Below are positions 1 to 9,621 of a DNA stretch of 37,663 bases, piece after piece. A model generated the notes under the pieces. That model was not told the origin of the DNA and searched no databases. It worked only from the letters and a program-made list of their open reading frames with translations. This DNA comes from Holophagaceae bacterium (lineage in GTDB: Bacteria > Acidobacteriota > Holophagae > Holophagales > Holophagaceae): positions 10,435 through 48,097 of the forward strand of contig PMJK01000047.1 of assembly GCA_003158505.1 (NCBI GenBank). Reading direction: 5' to 3'. The stretch's first letter is position 1. Each line of letters starts with the position of its first letter. The translations under genes were made by a program, and so were the position numbers.

Positions 1-84
1 CGCATGAAGAAGCGCGTCATCGGCCTGGACCACGGCCGCATCGCCTTCGACCAGCCCGCCCCCACCAGCCTCGTGACAGTCTGA
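1..84 (+). CDS. ftsE: 3' end of ABC ATPase, probably cell division ATP-binding protein FtsE (partial)
   Basis: Frame 1 reads RMKKRVIGLDHGRIAFDQPAPTSLVTV-stop(TGA 82-84); 'KKRVIxLxxGRI' is the typical FtsE/ABC ATPase C-terminal strand. Only 27 codons visible. Confidence 0.55.
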   Translation, partial: RMKKRVIGLDHGRIAFDQPAPTSLVTV

Positions 85-126
85 CGCGCCGCAGGCTGTA
101 GGCTGAAGATTGAAGACTGGATCCCC

Positions 127-714
127 ATGGCCCAACCCCTCACCGATGCAAGGTTCGTCACGTCTGCAGCCGATGCCAAGAAGCTTGGCGTCTGCCATGC
201 GGAAGTGGCTTTCGTGGGGCGCAGCAACGTAGGGAAATCCTCGCTGCTGAATGCGCTCGCCAACCAGAAGCAGCTGGCGCGCGTGTCCAAGACGCCGGGC
301 CGCACCCGACTCATCAACGTGTTCCTCACGGGCCCGGACCGGTGGATCGTGGACCTGCCCGGCTACGGCTTTGCCACCGGCCCCGCCGCGGAGCGCGCCA
401 CCTGGCAGGCGATGGTGGAGGGCTACCTCACGGGCCGCGCCACCCTGCGCATGGTCTTCGTGCTGGTGGATGCCGAGGTGGGTCCCACCAAGCTGGACCA
501 CGCCATGATCGACTGGCTGCGGATGGAAGGCCTGCCCCACCGCATCGTGGCCACCAAGGCCGATCAGGTGAAGCCCAGCAAGGCCCTCAAGCAGCGCAAG
601 GACGTGGCCGCGGACCTGGGCCTCCAGGCCGGCGACATCGCCTGGGTGAGCGCCGGGAAGGGCACAGGCATTCCGGAACTGCGGCGCGAAGTGGCCGATC
701 TGCTGGTGCTCTAG
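127..714 (+). CDS. engB: Ribosome biogenesis GTP-binding protein YihA/YsxC (EngB)
   Basis: G1 GRSNVGKSS, SKTPGRT, G3 VDLPGYG, G4 TKAD, G5 VSA; 195 aa. Confidence 0.95.
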   Translation: MAQPLTDARFVTSAADAKKLGVCHAEVAFVGRSNVGKSSLLNALANQKQLARVSKTPGRTRLINVFLTGPDRWIVDLPGYGFATGPAAERATWQAMVEGYLTGRATLRMVFVLVDAEVGPTKLDHAMIDWLRMEGLPHRIVATKADQVKPSKALKQRKDVAADLGLQAGDIAWVSAGKGTGIPELRREVADLLVL

Positions 715-1781
715 AGCGTCTCCACCTTTCCATTCCGCCATACCATGAACCGCCCTTCGTGGGCCCAGGGCAGGGCGATGCCGTTGGCTTCCACTTCATG
801 GGTGTGGAAGTGTCCCGTGAGGAAGGTGGTGCCCGGGTGGGATTGGGCAGCACCCCGGAAGGCCTCGCGGGGGAAGGTGAGCTTATAGGTGACATTGGTG
901 GTGCGAAGCTTCCGCTCCATCCATGCGGACACCTTCCGGGCCGTGCCACTGGGCATCAGCCGGAAGGCCAGCCAGAGCAGCCCGGACCGCGAGACGAAAT
1001 TCCACAGGCGGTACTGGCGATCTTCGGTGTTGATCAGGTCACCGTGTTCCCAGGTCAGGGCTTCGCCCTCAAGCCGACCGCCGAGGCCTTCACCCATGAG
1101 GTCAAACCGCCCGGCATGGCGGTCCAGGAAGTACTCGCGGTTGCCCATCCAGAGCCCAACCCAGCGTCCGGCTGCGCGCCGCCGGTCCACCCAGTCCAGG
1201 AAGACTCGCTGGGATTCAGTCTCCATGCCTGGCAGGCCCACCCACACGTCAAACACATCGCCCAGGAAGAGCCAGTCGGCCCTGGGCAACCTGGCCGTGG
1301 CTTCCTCAAGGCCGGTCAGCTCTGAGTTCCAGTGCGGGTCTGCCACGAGGATCAGGTCCTTGGCTGAATCGAACCGCCGGGGTGCCCCACGCAACCAGGA
1401 GAGGGCACCCAGCCTCCGGGTGACGAGGAGTTGGGCGCTGCCGGCCAGGAGGCCCAGGCCTCCGCCCAGGGAGTCCGCCACCCAGTCGCCGAGTTCGCAG
1501 GACCGGCCGGGGACGAACAACTGATGCCACTCGTCCGTGGCGCCGAAGCAGGACACGGCCACGAAGACCAGCAGATGGCGCCGGTACATCGGGAGGCCGG
1601 GCCGATTGAGCCGCAGGGCGAGGTCCAGTACCAGGGCCAGGGCACCAAACACCGAGGCGTGGGCGAATTTGTCCAAGGGCGGCGGCAGCTGGAGGCCCAG
1701 GGGGTAGTGCGACTGGGCGCTCAGCCAGACGATGGTCGCGGCCACAGCCAAGGGGAGGATCCAGAGCCAACGCATGCGCAT
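711..1781 (-). CDS. VanZ-like membrane domain fused to LpxH-like (UDP-2,3-diacylglucosamine hydrolase-type) calcineurin-like metallophosphoesterase
   Basis: N-term DKFAHASVFG ... TDEWHQLFVPGRSCELGDWVAD (VanZ); C-term ADPH, LGDVFDVWVG, GNREY, HGDLIN..DRQY, GHFH (LpxH-type motifs). ATG at 1781 chosen; ORF is open to 1796. Confidence 0.8.
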   Translation of the reverse strand: MRMRWLWILPLAVAATIVWLSAQSHYPLGLQLPPPLDKFAHASVFGALALVLDLALRLNRPGLPMYRRHLLVFVAVSCFGATDEWHQLFVPGRSCELGDWVADSLGGGLGLLAGSAQLLVTRRLGALSWLRGAPRRFDSAKDLILVADPHWNSELTGLEEATARLPRADWLFLGDVFDVWVGLPGMETESQRVFLDWVDRRRAAGRWVGLWMGNREYFLDRHAGRFDLMGEGLGGRLEGEALTWEHGDLINTEDRQYRLWNFVSRSGLLWLAFRLMPSGTARKVSAWMERKLRTTNVTYKLTFPREAFRGAAQSHPGTTFLTGHFHTHEVEANGIALPWAHEGRFMVWRNGKVETL

Positions 1782-1817
1782 GACCCATCCAAGCACAGGC
1801 TGGCGCGGACGTCTGCT

Positions 1818-2306
1818 CTATTTCAGGGCAGCCACTCCTGCCGTGGCGCACTGGTTATCGTGCTCGCTGGTATCGCCGGAGACCCCGATGGCGCCGATGA
1901 TTTTGCCATCCACGATGAGGGGCTGGCCGCCCTCGACCGGCATCGCGCCCTGAAGCCGAAGGATCCGGAGTCCGGCCCCGCCTCCCGCCACGGCATCCTG
2001 GAAGGCCTTGGTGGGGCGTTTGTAGAGCACGGCGGAGCGGGCCTTGTCGATCGCCACAGTGGCGCTGGCGATCTGGGTGTTGTCCATCTTCTCGTAAAAG
2101 ACAAGGTTGCCGCTGGTATCGACGATGGCGATGGCCATGGTCCAGTTGTTTTTGGCAGCCTCCGCCCGCGCAGCGGCAGCCGGCTTTTTGGCGTCTTCCA
2201 GACTGATTGGCGCTCCATACGGATTGGGCATCTGGGCCAGCAGGCTCCCGCCACAGAGGGCGAGCATGGCCATGAACAAGGGGATGCGCTGGGATCTTGA
2301 TGACAT
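1818..2306 (-). CDS. GlcG/HbpS family heme-binding protein with signal peptide
   Basis: AIAIVDTSGNL, AIDKARSA, GGQPLIVDGKIIGAIGVSG..DNQCA; AGGAGG precedes ATG at 2306; hydrophobic leader ending LLA-Q. Confidence 0.88.
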   Translation of the reverse strand: MSSRSQRIPLFMAMLALCGGSLLAQMPNPYGAPISLEDAKKPAAAARAEAAKNNWTMAIAIVDTSGNLVFYEKMDNTQIASATVAIDKARSAVLYKRPTKAFQDAVAGGGAGLRILRLQGAMPVEGGQPLIVDGKIIGAIGVSGDTSEHDNQCATAGVAALK

Positions 2307-2461
2307 AGCTGGCCTCCTTATGTGTGGTAGCCCACGGTGGTTCGGCAGTCCCGCCTTGTCAAGAACCATTCACCTAGGGGCCGGCCTGAACAGGGTGCCG
2401 GGCTTCAGACGGACAGGCCCGGCCTCCATGCCGTGCTAGGGTGGCTGGGTCAGGTGCCGAC

Positions 2462-3601
2462 ATGATCCGAACCCTGGTTGCGGTGGCCTTTTTGCTCGCC
2501 GGGTTGCCGGGGCGAGGCCAGGCCTCCTTGGCACTTCTTCCGGCGCCCCGACCTAGCCTTGGGGAGGTGCGCAAGGGCATGGGCATTCCGTCCACAGACG
2601 ATGTCCGGGGCCAGCAGGACGCCATCGGCTTCGCGTCCAGGGCCGATCAGATGGCCCTGGTCTGGGAATGGTCGGCCCGGCCGCCCCTGCCCGAGGCTCT
2701 TGGCCCAAAACCGGCCCCCGGCGTCCTCGGCGCCATCTGCCCCCATGACGACTACCTCTTCGCCGGGCGCGTCTACCGTCAAGTGGTGCCGCTCGTCACC
2801 GCCCGGACCATCGTGCTGGTGGGGGTCTTCCACAAGTACCGCCGCTTCGGCGCCAGGAATACCCTGGTCTTCGATCCCTACCGCGCCTGGCGCTCCCCCG
2901 ATGGCGAGATCCGGGTGTCTGGGCTGCGAAAGGAACTTCTGGCCCAGCTGCCGCCCTCGGATGTCATCCAGGACGCCGCGATGCAGGACAGCGAACATTC
3001 CGTGGAGGCCATCGCCTACTGGCTGAAGCACCAGGACCCCAGCGTGGAAATCGTGTCCATCCTCGTGCCGTCGGCCTCGTTTCCTCGCTTTCGGGAACTG
3101 GCCTCCCACCTGGGGCATGCCTTGGCGGCCTCCATGCGGAAACGCGGATGGACGCTCGGTCGGGATGTGGCCATCGTGATCTCCTCGGACGGCATCCACT
3201 ACGGGACCGACTTTGCGTACGCGCCCTATGGGGAAGGCGGGGTGGACGCCTACCTGAAGGCCGTGGCGAGGGACCGCGAGCTGCTGACGGGGCCCCTGGC
3301 CGGGCCCGTTTCCCCGGAGAAGGCCGAGGCCTTCTACTCCACAGTGGTGGATCCCCAGAACCCCGACGCCTACCGCATGCCCTGGTGCGGACGCTTCTCC
3401 GTCCCTTTTGGACTGCTGCTGCTAGGCGAGACGGCGCGGGAGTTCGGGCTGCCGCCTCCGGAGGGATCCCCCATCGCCTTCGGCACGTCCATCAGCTTTC
3501 CCGAACTGCCCGTGAATCCCCTCGGCATGGGCGCGACGGCCCCCGCAAACCTGTACCACTTCGTGAGCTACCCGGGCGTGGTGTTCACCGGTGGAAAGTG
3601 A
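2462..3601 (+). CDS. MEMO1 / AmmeMemoRadiSam system protein B-like, apparently exported
   Basis: ICPHDDY, GVFH, EHSVE, SSDGIHYG, WCG correspond to MEMO1 motifs (PHAGY, GPxH, EHSxE, SSDxxHY, CG); N-terminal MIRTLVAVAFLLAGLPGRGQA signal-like. Confidence 0.8.
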   Translation: MIRTLVAVAFLLAGLPGRGQASLALLPAPRPSLGEVRKGMGIPSTDDVRGQQDAIGFASRADQMALVWEWSARPPLPEALGPKPAPGVLGAICPHDDYLFAGRVYRQVVPLVTARTIVLVGVFHKYRRFGARNTLVFDPYRAWRSPDGEIRVSGLRKELLAQLPPSDVIQDAAMQDSEHSVEAIAYWLKHQDPSVEIVSILVPSASFPRFRELASHLGHALAASMRKRGWTLGRDVAIVISSDGIHYGTDFAYAPYGEGGVDAYLKAVARDRELLTGPLAGPVSPEKAEAFYSTVVDPQNPDAYRMPWCGRFSVPFGLLLLGETAREFGLPPPEGSPIAFGTSISFPELPVNPLGMGATAPANLYHFVSYPGVVFTGGK

Positions 3602-3676
3602 GCTGAAACAGGCCGATTTTCATGCGTGATTGAAGACCACTGCGGTCCAATCGTCAGGATGTCCAGGAACCACTCC

Positions 3677-5971
3677 TCAGGCCTTGGTGGTCCAGGACAA
3701 CAGCGGTTGACTGGTGGGAAGGGACTGAATGTGTTGCTTGAGCTCTTCAAGGCTGAAGGGCTTGGCCAGCAAGGTGACGTGTGGATACGCGTTCACCAGG
3801 TCCAGAGCCGTCTGGTCTGCTCGACCTGTCGCCAGCAGGACCGGAACGGTCGGACACAGGATTCGAAGTCGCGGCAAGGTTCCGGTTCCCCCGAGTCCCG
3901 GCATGTTCAAATCGAGAATGACCAGGTCGGGCTGGACTCCCGCTTCGATTTTCGCTAGGGCTTCCTCTCCGCTGTGCACCGGAATGACAAGGTGCCCCAC
4001 CGCCTCCAGCAGCGTCTCTGTGGTGGTCCGCACAAGGTCATCATCGTCCACAAGAAGCACGCACAGGCTTCTCGAAGATAGCTCGGATTGTCCCCTCTTA
4101 CATATGCTCGCTTTTTCGAGGCCGGACATGTAGGCGGGGAATCGAATCCTTACGATGGTTCTGAGGCCGGGTTCGCTTTCCAGATCCATCTGGCCGTGGT
4201 GGGCCTTAACGGTGCTGTAGACCAAGGAAAGGCCCAGTCCCGTCCCCTTCCCCGGTTCTTTGGTGGTAAAGAAAGGAACGACGGCTTTTTCAAGAATATC
4301 CTCGGTCATGCCGCAGCCCGAATCCTCGACTTCAACTTCGACCCAGTCCACGCCTAGATTGCGGGTTCGGACGATGAGGGTTCCCGAGTCGGTCATGGCG
4401 TCCACGGAATTGACGCAAAGATTCATGAATGCATTGCCCAAGGCACTGGCATCACCGCGCATGGGACGGAGGTCATCTTCGAGATTCATCACCAGGCGAA
4501 CCTTAGACAAGGCGGATTGCTCCAGGAGCTGAACATTCTCATGAATGATCTCATTCAGGTTCAGTTCGCATTCCTCGGCTGGACTTCTCCGAGCGAGGTT
4601 CAGCAGACTCCTCACCATCTTTGCCCCACGCTCAGCGGCCTTGATGATGGTGCCCAAGGTTCGGTGAGAGGGGCTATTTGCCGGAAGGGACTGAATGTTG
4701 GCGGAAGCCAACCCGAGGATGGCCCCAAGAACATTGTTCATGTCATGCGCGACACCCCCGGCCAAGCTGCCGAGGTTTTCCAGATGCTGGACTTGTTGGA
4801 GCTTCGCCTGGAGTCTTGCATTCTCTTCTTCCGACGCTTTGCGCTCGGTAATGTCGGTGATCACCCCAACGAGCGCATTCAGGCTTCCGTCTGCATTGTT
4901 CAGCCGCTTTCCTGAAAAGTGCCCCCAGAAGTCGGTGCCGTCCAGCCGGATGTAGCGCCGTTCTGAAGAGACTGTATCCAAGCCGCCATACAGGACCTGC
5001 TGGAGCCGCTCTCCCCCAGCCTGTTTTTCGGATTCGTGGATATGGCCGGTGTAATGCGTCCCAACCACCTCCTGAAGCGTCGTCCCGAACATTTCGGCCA
5101 TCCGGTTGTTGGCATAGCGGATGGTGCCTTTGGGAGAGACCAGGATGATGCCCGCTTCCGAGGCATCGAAGATGGTTCTCAACTGCTCTTCGCTCTCCCG
5201 CAGCGCAGTCTCGGCTAGCCCCCGCTCTTGGAGTCGATTCAGATTCGATCTGCCCGCCAGCAGGATCGCCATCAGGCCCAATACCCAGATGACCCAGATC
5301 CCAATGGTCGTCGTCACATTGTGAATGCCGCTGGTCAGGAATGAATCCTGGTTAAGTGGAATCGTGAAGCTGATCCCACCCCGGATGTCCCCGACTTTGA
5401 ACCCTTGGGCCGCATGACAACGCAGGCAACCCTCCAAAGTGACCAGCGCACCCATGAAGCGGAGCCGAGAGTGCCCCGACAGGGTCGATACCTCCCAGTA
5501 CTCCCGGGGACCGGTTTCGAGTTTGTGTAGGGCTTTCTGCTCCCAGGCGTCTCCCATATTTTCTGAAAACAGTGGTCTTAGGCTGGCCATGTGTCCCTGC
5601 AACTCAGGGACAGGAATACCCAACTCGTGCATGAATTGGGTCATGTGGGCCGGATTGCCCATGGCGAAGGGCATGTCACCAGCTGCGTTGTTTCCGCGGT
5701 CTGGCGGGTCGAGTCTGTGGGGATTGGGACGATTTGGTTCATCCGGCAGGGCATACCCACTGCCAGATTGATTGATCAGCATGCGGACCATCACGTCCTT
5801 CTGGAAGTTCTCCCGGGCCCGGCTCAAGGCGTTGTCACGGCTCTCCCGATAGGAGTAGTAGGCTCCGAGACCCACGAAGGCAAACATGCCCAGGGTCCAA
5901 AGAACCGCTCGTGACATCACCTGCCTTCGCAGGTGGCGATCGGTCATTAGTTCCTTGGACCAGTGAGCCAT
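3677..5971 (-). CDS. Hybrid sensor histidine kinase/response regulator: periplasmic heme-c (DUF3365/Tll0287-like) sensor, PAS, HisKA, HATPase, receiver
   Basis: Two TM segments flanking [17 protein letters not shown]; PAS ending DITERK; H-box AHDMNN; [27 protein letters not shown]; receiver [13 protein letters not shown]. Confidence 0.9.
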   Translation of the reverse strand: MAHWSKELMTDRHLRRQVMSRAVLWTLGMFAFVGLGAYYSYRESRDNALSRARENFQKDVMVRMLINQSGSGYALPDEPNRPNPHRLDPPDRGNNAAGDMPFAMGNPAHMTQFMHELGIPVPELQGHMASLRPLFSENMGDAWEQKALHKLETGPREYWEVSTLSGHSRLRFMGALVTLEGCLRCHAAQGFKVGDIRGGISFTIPLNQDSFLTSGIHNVTTTIGIWVIWVLGLMAILLAGRSNLNRLQERGLAETALRESEEQLRTIFDASEAGIILVSPKGTIRYANNRMAEMFGTTLQEVVGTHYTGHIHESEKQAGGERLQQVLYGGLDTVSSERRYIRLDGTDFWGHFSGKRLNNADGSLNALVGVITDITERKASEEENARLQAKLQQVQHLENLGSLAGGVAHDMNNVLGAILGLASANIQSLPANSPSHRTLGTIIKAAERGAKMVRSLLNLARRSPAEECELNLNEIIHENVQLLEQSALSKVRLVMNLEDDLRPMRGDASALGNAFMNLCVNSVDAMTDSGTLIVRTRNLGVDWVEVEVEDSGCGMTEDILEKAVVPFFTTKEPGKGTGLGLSLVYSTVKAHHGQMDLESEPGLRTIVRIRFPAYMSGLEKASICKRGQSELSSRSLCVLLVDDDDLVRTTTETLLEAVGHLVIPVHSGEEALAKIEAGVQPDLVILDLNMPGLGGTGTLPRLRILCPTVPVLLATGRADQTALDLVNAYPHVTLLAKPFSLEELKQHIQSLPTSQPLLSWTTKA

Positions 5972-6307
5972 GGCGTCATGCCCTAAGCGCGGTAGGTTGC
6001 TGATGCAGTTAAAAAAGGAAGAGTCGCATTCAGGTCATCTTGCCGACGCGGGTACCCCACCGACTACCTAGAGGTCATCCCTGAACTCATCGGAGTGATG
6101 AAGGTTTCGCGTAAAAAATGTCATTTCACTTGATTATATATATTTGGGAACACTTGGCTCTGTTCCTTCTCCAACCTTGGGTCCGACCTCAGGCTTAAAT
6201 CAGTAAACCTAATTTATAGAGTAGATTGTGTTAGGCAGCGGCAGCCCCCATGAGCCCAGGCCCAGTCGGCGAGGCTCCCTCAACGGATAGGTCGGACCTC
6301 CCTCGTA

Positions 6308-7057
6308 TCAATGGCCAACCAGTCGTCCAAGCATTTCCCAGCAGGCCAGTTGGGTTTTCTGGAACCCCTCCTCCTGGGGAACGATGTGCCAAAGCTGAAA
6401 GCGAGGGATGCGCCCCCGTTCATCGCTGGGAATGGGCAGAACGTCAAGGCCCGCCCGCTGGGCCAAGGCCATGGCCCTGGGCAGGTGCCAAGCGGAACTG
6501 AGCAGTCCAACCCGATGCCAACCCTCTTGGACCATTAGGCGCCCATAGGCCTGGATCTCATCCCGAGTGATGAAGCATGGCTCTTTGATATCACGGATGG
6601 CGCTGCTTGGAATGCCCAGGCTCTTCCAGATTTCGCGGGTTTCAGCACCAATATTCCGGCGGCCGCTCCGGGCATCATCCGACGTACCACTCGCCACCAG
6701 GCACCTCACCTTTCCTGCGCGCCACAGGCACGCGGCCTCGATGATGCGATCCCCGCTCACACCGAGAAAGGGACGCCCCCGTTCATCCACCTGGCTTCCC
6801 CCGCCCAGGACGAACAGGGCGTCCAAGGGGGCGGCGTTTTCGGGGAAGGGAGGAATGGTGGACTCCAGGCGGTTCATCAGCAAGGCGCCCACCTGCGGGT
6901 TGCCCGCCAGGCTGAACCCCAGGAAAAGGAAGGCGAGGAAAGCGCCCAGGTCTCGCATTCGTCGCTTGAAGGCCCAGAACATTGCCAGTAGAAGCCCAAG
7001 CCAGAGCAGGCCGGTGGGCATGCAAAGCATTCCGATAAGTTTGGTGAAGGCGAGCAT
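6308..7057 (-). CDS. YdcF/DUF218 (ElyC/SanA-like) membrane protein
   Basis: N-terminal TM helices, VLGGG, DRIIEA, T.DE, LLSSAWHLPRAM, WEMLG. Confidence 0.85.
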   Translation of the reverse strand: MLAFTKLIGMLCMPTGLLWLGLLLAMFWAFKRRMRDLGAFLAFLFLGFSLAGNPQVGALLMNRLESTIPPFPENAAPLDALFVLGGGSQVDERGRPFLGVSGDRIIEAACLWRAGKVRCLVASGTSDDARSGRRNIGAETREIWKSLGIPSSAIRDIKEPCFITRDEIQAYGRLMVQEGWHRVGLLSSAWHLPRAMALAQRAGLDVLPIPSDERGRIPRFQLWHIVPQEEGFQKTQLACWEMLGRLVGH

Positions 7058-7115
7058 GGCTCCATTCTGACCTATGGACGGTCAGGCCCGCCCATTCCCC
7101 TGCCAAGTCCGGCAG

Positions 7116-7958
7116 TCATTTCCAGCCCAGCCCCATCGCCCCCAGCGTCACCAGCACCACGCCGATCCATTGACGCACGCCGGGGCGTTCGCCGAGGGCC
7201 AGTGAGAAGATCACGGTGAACGCCACGGAAGTATTGCGAATCGTGGTGACCGCCGCGGCCCCTGTCATGGAGAGGGCCACCAGAAACAGGCTGAACCCCA
7301 GGGCGCACAGGAAGCCCGCCACAAGCACCAACCCCGGTTCTTCGGGGAGGACGCGGAACGCCGCGAGCCCCCTTCGCCGAATCCGCACGAGGGTCTGGAT
7401 GGGCAGACCGACGGCCATCGAAAGGCTGTAGAGCGCCAGCGGATGGGCCCCGTGGGCCAGGGAAAGTTTGTAGAACAGGATATAGCCCGCGATGAAGATC
7501 CCGGTGAGCAAGGCCCAGGGCAAAGCCCCACGGCTCCTTTTCCCCCCGGAAGATGACCCCAAGAGTGCCAGTCCGGTGCAGACTCCGATCACGCATACCA
7601 GGGAATTCCAATGGAAGGACTCGGCCATGAACAGCATGGAAACTGGCCACAGGATGGCGATGGAGCTACCTCGCATCCAGCTATAACTCCAACCTAGAGG
7701 CGCCCTCTCCAGGGTACGCACCAGCCCGACGAAGTAGCTGCCCTCGCACACACCCGCGGCCAACCCCCAAAGTACAGCCTGGGCGCCGGGGAAGGCCTTG
7801 CCTGGAATGAATGGGATGGCCGCCGCCGTGAGCAGCATGGACACCGCGAAAACCCCGGCAGAGGCGGAATCCAGGTCCTTGTTCTTCTTCAGCATCACGT
7901 TCCACAAGGCGTGGATGATCGCGGACGCGAATGCAAGAAGTAGCGCCGTCTGCGGCAC
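7116..7958 (-). CDS. EamA/DMT family transporter
   Basis: ~10 hydrophobic segments; SAIIHALWNVMLK start and IRNTSVAF..LGER end typical of DMT; GTG start. Confidence 0.85.
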   Translation of the reverse strand: MPQTALLLAFASAIIHALWNVMLKKNKDLDSASAGVFAVSMLLTAAAIPFIPGKAFPGAQAVLWGLAAGVCEGSYFVGLVRTLERAPLGWSYSWMRGSSIAILWPVSMLFMAESFHWNSLVCVIGVCTGLALLGSSSGGKRSRGALPWALLTGIFIAGYILFYKLSLAHGAHPLALYSLSMAVGLPIQTLVRIRRRGLAAFRVLPEEPGLVLVAGFLCALGFSLFLVALSMTGAAAVTTIRNTSVAFTVIFSLALGERPGVRQWIGVVLVTLGAMGLGWK

Positions 7959-8004
7959 GAGAACTCCACGGTGCCCGCAGAACGAGCAGGCTCTTTATAG
8001 CAGT

Positions 8005-8026
8005 GCGGCCACCTTGCGGTGGCCGC
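8005..8026 (-). terminator. GC-rich hairpin directly downstream of tRNA-Glu (possible terminator/processing signal)
   Basis: GCGGCCACC-GCAA-GGTGGCCGC on the minus strand, 9-bp perfect stem, 2 nt after the CCA; no clear U-tract. Confidence 0.5.
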
Positions 8027-8028
8027 TT

Positions 8029-8103
8029 TGGTAGTCCCAAGGGGAATCGAACCCCTGTTCCCGCCGTGAGAGGGCGGTGTACTGACCGCTATACGATGGG
8101 ACC
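8029..8103 (-). tRNA. tRNA-Glu (anticodon CTC)
   Basis: Reverse complement GGTCCCATCGTATAGCGGTCAGTACACCGCCCT-CTC-ACGGCGGGAACAGGGGTTCGATTCCCCTTGGGACTACCA: cloverleaf, TTCGA loop, encoded CCA. Confidence 0.96.
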
Positions 8104-8120
8104 ATCGATCAAGTTGTGAA

Positions 8121-8195
8121 TGGTTGGGGAGGAAGGATTTGAACCCTCACCTGACGGTACCAGAAACCGTTGTCCTACCATTAGACCACTCCCCA
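8121..8195 (-). tRNA. tRNA-Gln (anticodon CTG)
   Basis: Reverse complement TGGGGAGTGGTCTAATGGTAGGACAACGGTTT-CTG-GTACCGTCAGGTGAGGGTTCAAATCCTTCCTCCCCAACCA: cloverleaf, encoded CCA. Confidence 0.96.
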
Positions 8196-8287
8196 ATGAG
8201 TGGAAGATCCACTGTACCAGGTGCGGGACAAAAGACAAGGGGCGGTTCTGCCGATGAGGAGGTAGCCTTCCTGGCAGAGGTATTCAG

Positions 8288-8836
8288 ATGGCGGACCCGA
8301 TCAAGTTGGCGTACTTCATGGCGGTCAAGGAGGGGGCGAGCTACCTCGGGGGGCTCCTGGTCACGGATACCTCGGGCATCCCGCTGGATTTCCGCTACAC
8401 AGAACCTATCACGCCGACGCGTCTGCAGGGCATCCTCTACGGCAAATCCCTGGAGCCGCACCTCAAGGAAGAGGTCATCCAGAAGACCCTGCTCAAGGAG
8501 CTGAAAACTCCGCCGGACCTGTTCATCCTCAGCGCGACGGAGTTGGCCGGGGGCTGGTCCGGAGATGCGAAGTATCCGGTGCTCGCGGTGCAGAAGAGCC
8601 AGGAATCTCCCCTCGCGAAGGTGGGCGATGCCTTTCGGGCCGGGCCGCGGGAACTGCTCATCCAGCTGTCTGAGGGCGCGGCTCCGATGCGGGTGGTGTT
8701 CGCCGCCTCGGTGGATGCCATGGCTCAGGAACAGGCCGTGGTGAAGCTCCTGGAAGCCGGCTACCACATGGATCTCGCCGAACCCCTGGAGCGTGTCACG
8801 GCGGCCCTGCAGAGTCTCGTGGTGAAGGATTCCTGA
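8288..8836 (+). CDS. Conserved-looking hypothetical protein (182 aa), first gene of kinase/FHA-GGDEF operon
   Basis: GAGG upstream of ATG, strong GC3 bias, TGATG overlap with next gene; no recognisable family motif. Confidence 0.8.
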   Translation: MADPIKLAYFMAVKEGASYLGGLLVTDTSGIPLDFRYTEPITPTRLQGILYGKSLEPHLKEEVIQKTLLKELKTPPDLFILSATELAGGWSGDAKYPVLAVQKSQESPLAKVGDAFRAGPRELLIQLSEGAAPMRVVFAASVDAMAQEQAVVKLLEAGYHMDLAEPLERVTAALQSLVVKDS

Positions 8837-9621
8837 TGTTCGGCCGGATGAAAGACGCGATGACGGATGCGGCGGAAACGCTGCGGCGTGCCTTTGCCGG
8901 GCTGAAAGTCATGGAAGTCGCCCCAGAGCCCTTCCTCCCGCAGTGTCACGGAACCGTGGCTCTCGCTGTCGAGCCTCGGGCGGGTCTGGAAGCTCCAGTC
9001 ACGGTCTGCAGGGAGATGCGTCTGCTGCGGGAGGCCGTCGAAGGCCGGGCCCTCCAGCCCTTCCAAGCCGAACTGAAGGCAGAGGCCGGTTGGGCCCGGT
9101 GGGGAGCCGAAGCCGAGGTCATCCGCATGACGGCGCTTGAGGGTGGCCAGGCCGCCCGGGTCGCCGTGCCCCCACTGCCCCGCAAGGCCACGGTCCTTGG
9201 CCGGGTGGACCCACCCTCACGGCCCACCTCGCACAGACTGTCCGAGTCGTTGCCGCAGCCCAGCACCCGGCGCCTGGATCCCAGGCTTGACCAGGTCACA
9301 GCGGAAGCCGGTCTGGAATCCATGTTGTCCCTGGCGGTCCCCATCCGGAGTGAGAATATCCAACACCTGCCGAAGGGTATGTGGATGCGCTACACCCTGC
9401 AACTGGTGCGTGGAACGGGTGAAAACGTGCGGAACCTGGAGGTGCTCGGCCTGTTCCGCATTCCCCGCAAGGGCGTGGCCGACCTGCGCCATGATCCCAG
9501 GCTGGGCCGCATCCTGGTCCGACTGGAATCCTCGGCGATTCGATCGCCCCGTGTGCCATTCATCCTGGCCCGACGCAAGGACGATGGGTCCCTGCTGAGC
9601 TGCTTCGTGGAGGATCCATGA
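8836..9621 (+). CDS. Hypothetical protein (261 aa) with Pro/Arg-rich central linker
   Basis: Translationally coupled on both sides (TGATG at 8834-8838, ATGA at 9618-9621). Confidence 0.7.
   Translation: MFGRMKDAMTDAAETLRRAFAGLKVMEVAPEPFLPQCHGTVALAVEPRAGLEAPVTVCREMRLLREAVEGRALQPFQAELKAEAGWARWGAEAEVIRMTALEGGQAARVAVPPLPRKATVLGRVDPPSRPTSHRLSESLPQPSTRRLDPRLDQVTAEAGLESMLSLAVPIRSENIQHLPKGMWMRYTLQLVRGTGENVRNLEVLGLFRIPRKGVADLRHDPRLGRILVRLESSAIRSPRVPFILARRKDDGSLLSCFVEDP

Noticed and set aside
6230-6236. GTTAGGC/GCCTAAC integron core-like heptamer upstream of the heme sensor kinase
   Set aside because: No matching partner site or attC-like hairpin found; likely chance.
8029-8195. tRNA genes as prophage/island attachment site
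   Set aside because: No duplicated tRNA 3' end and no integrase seen in the window.
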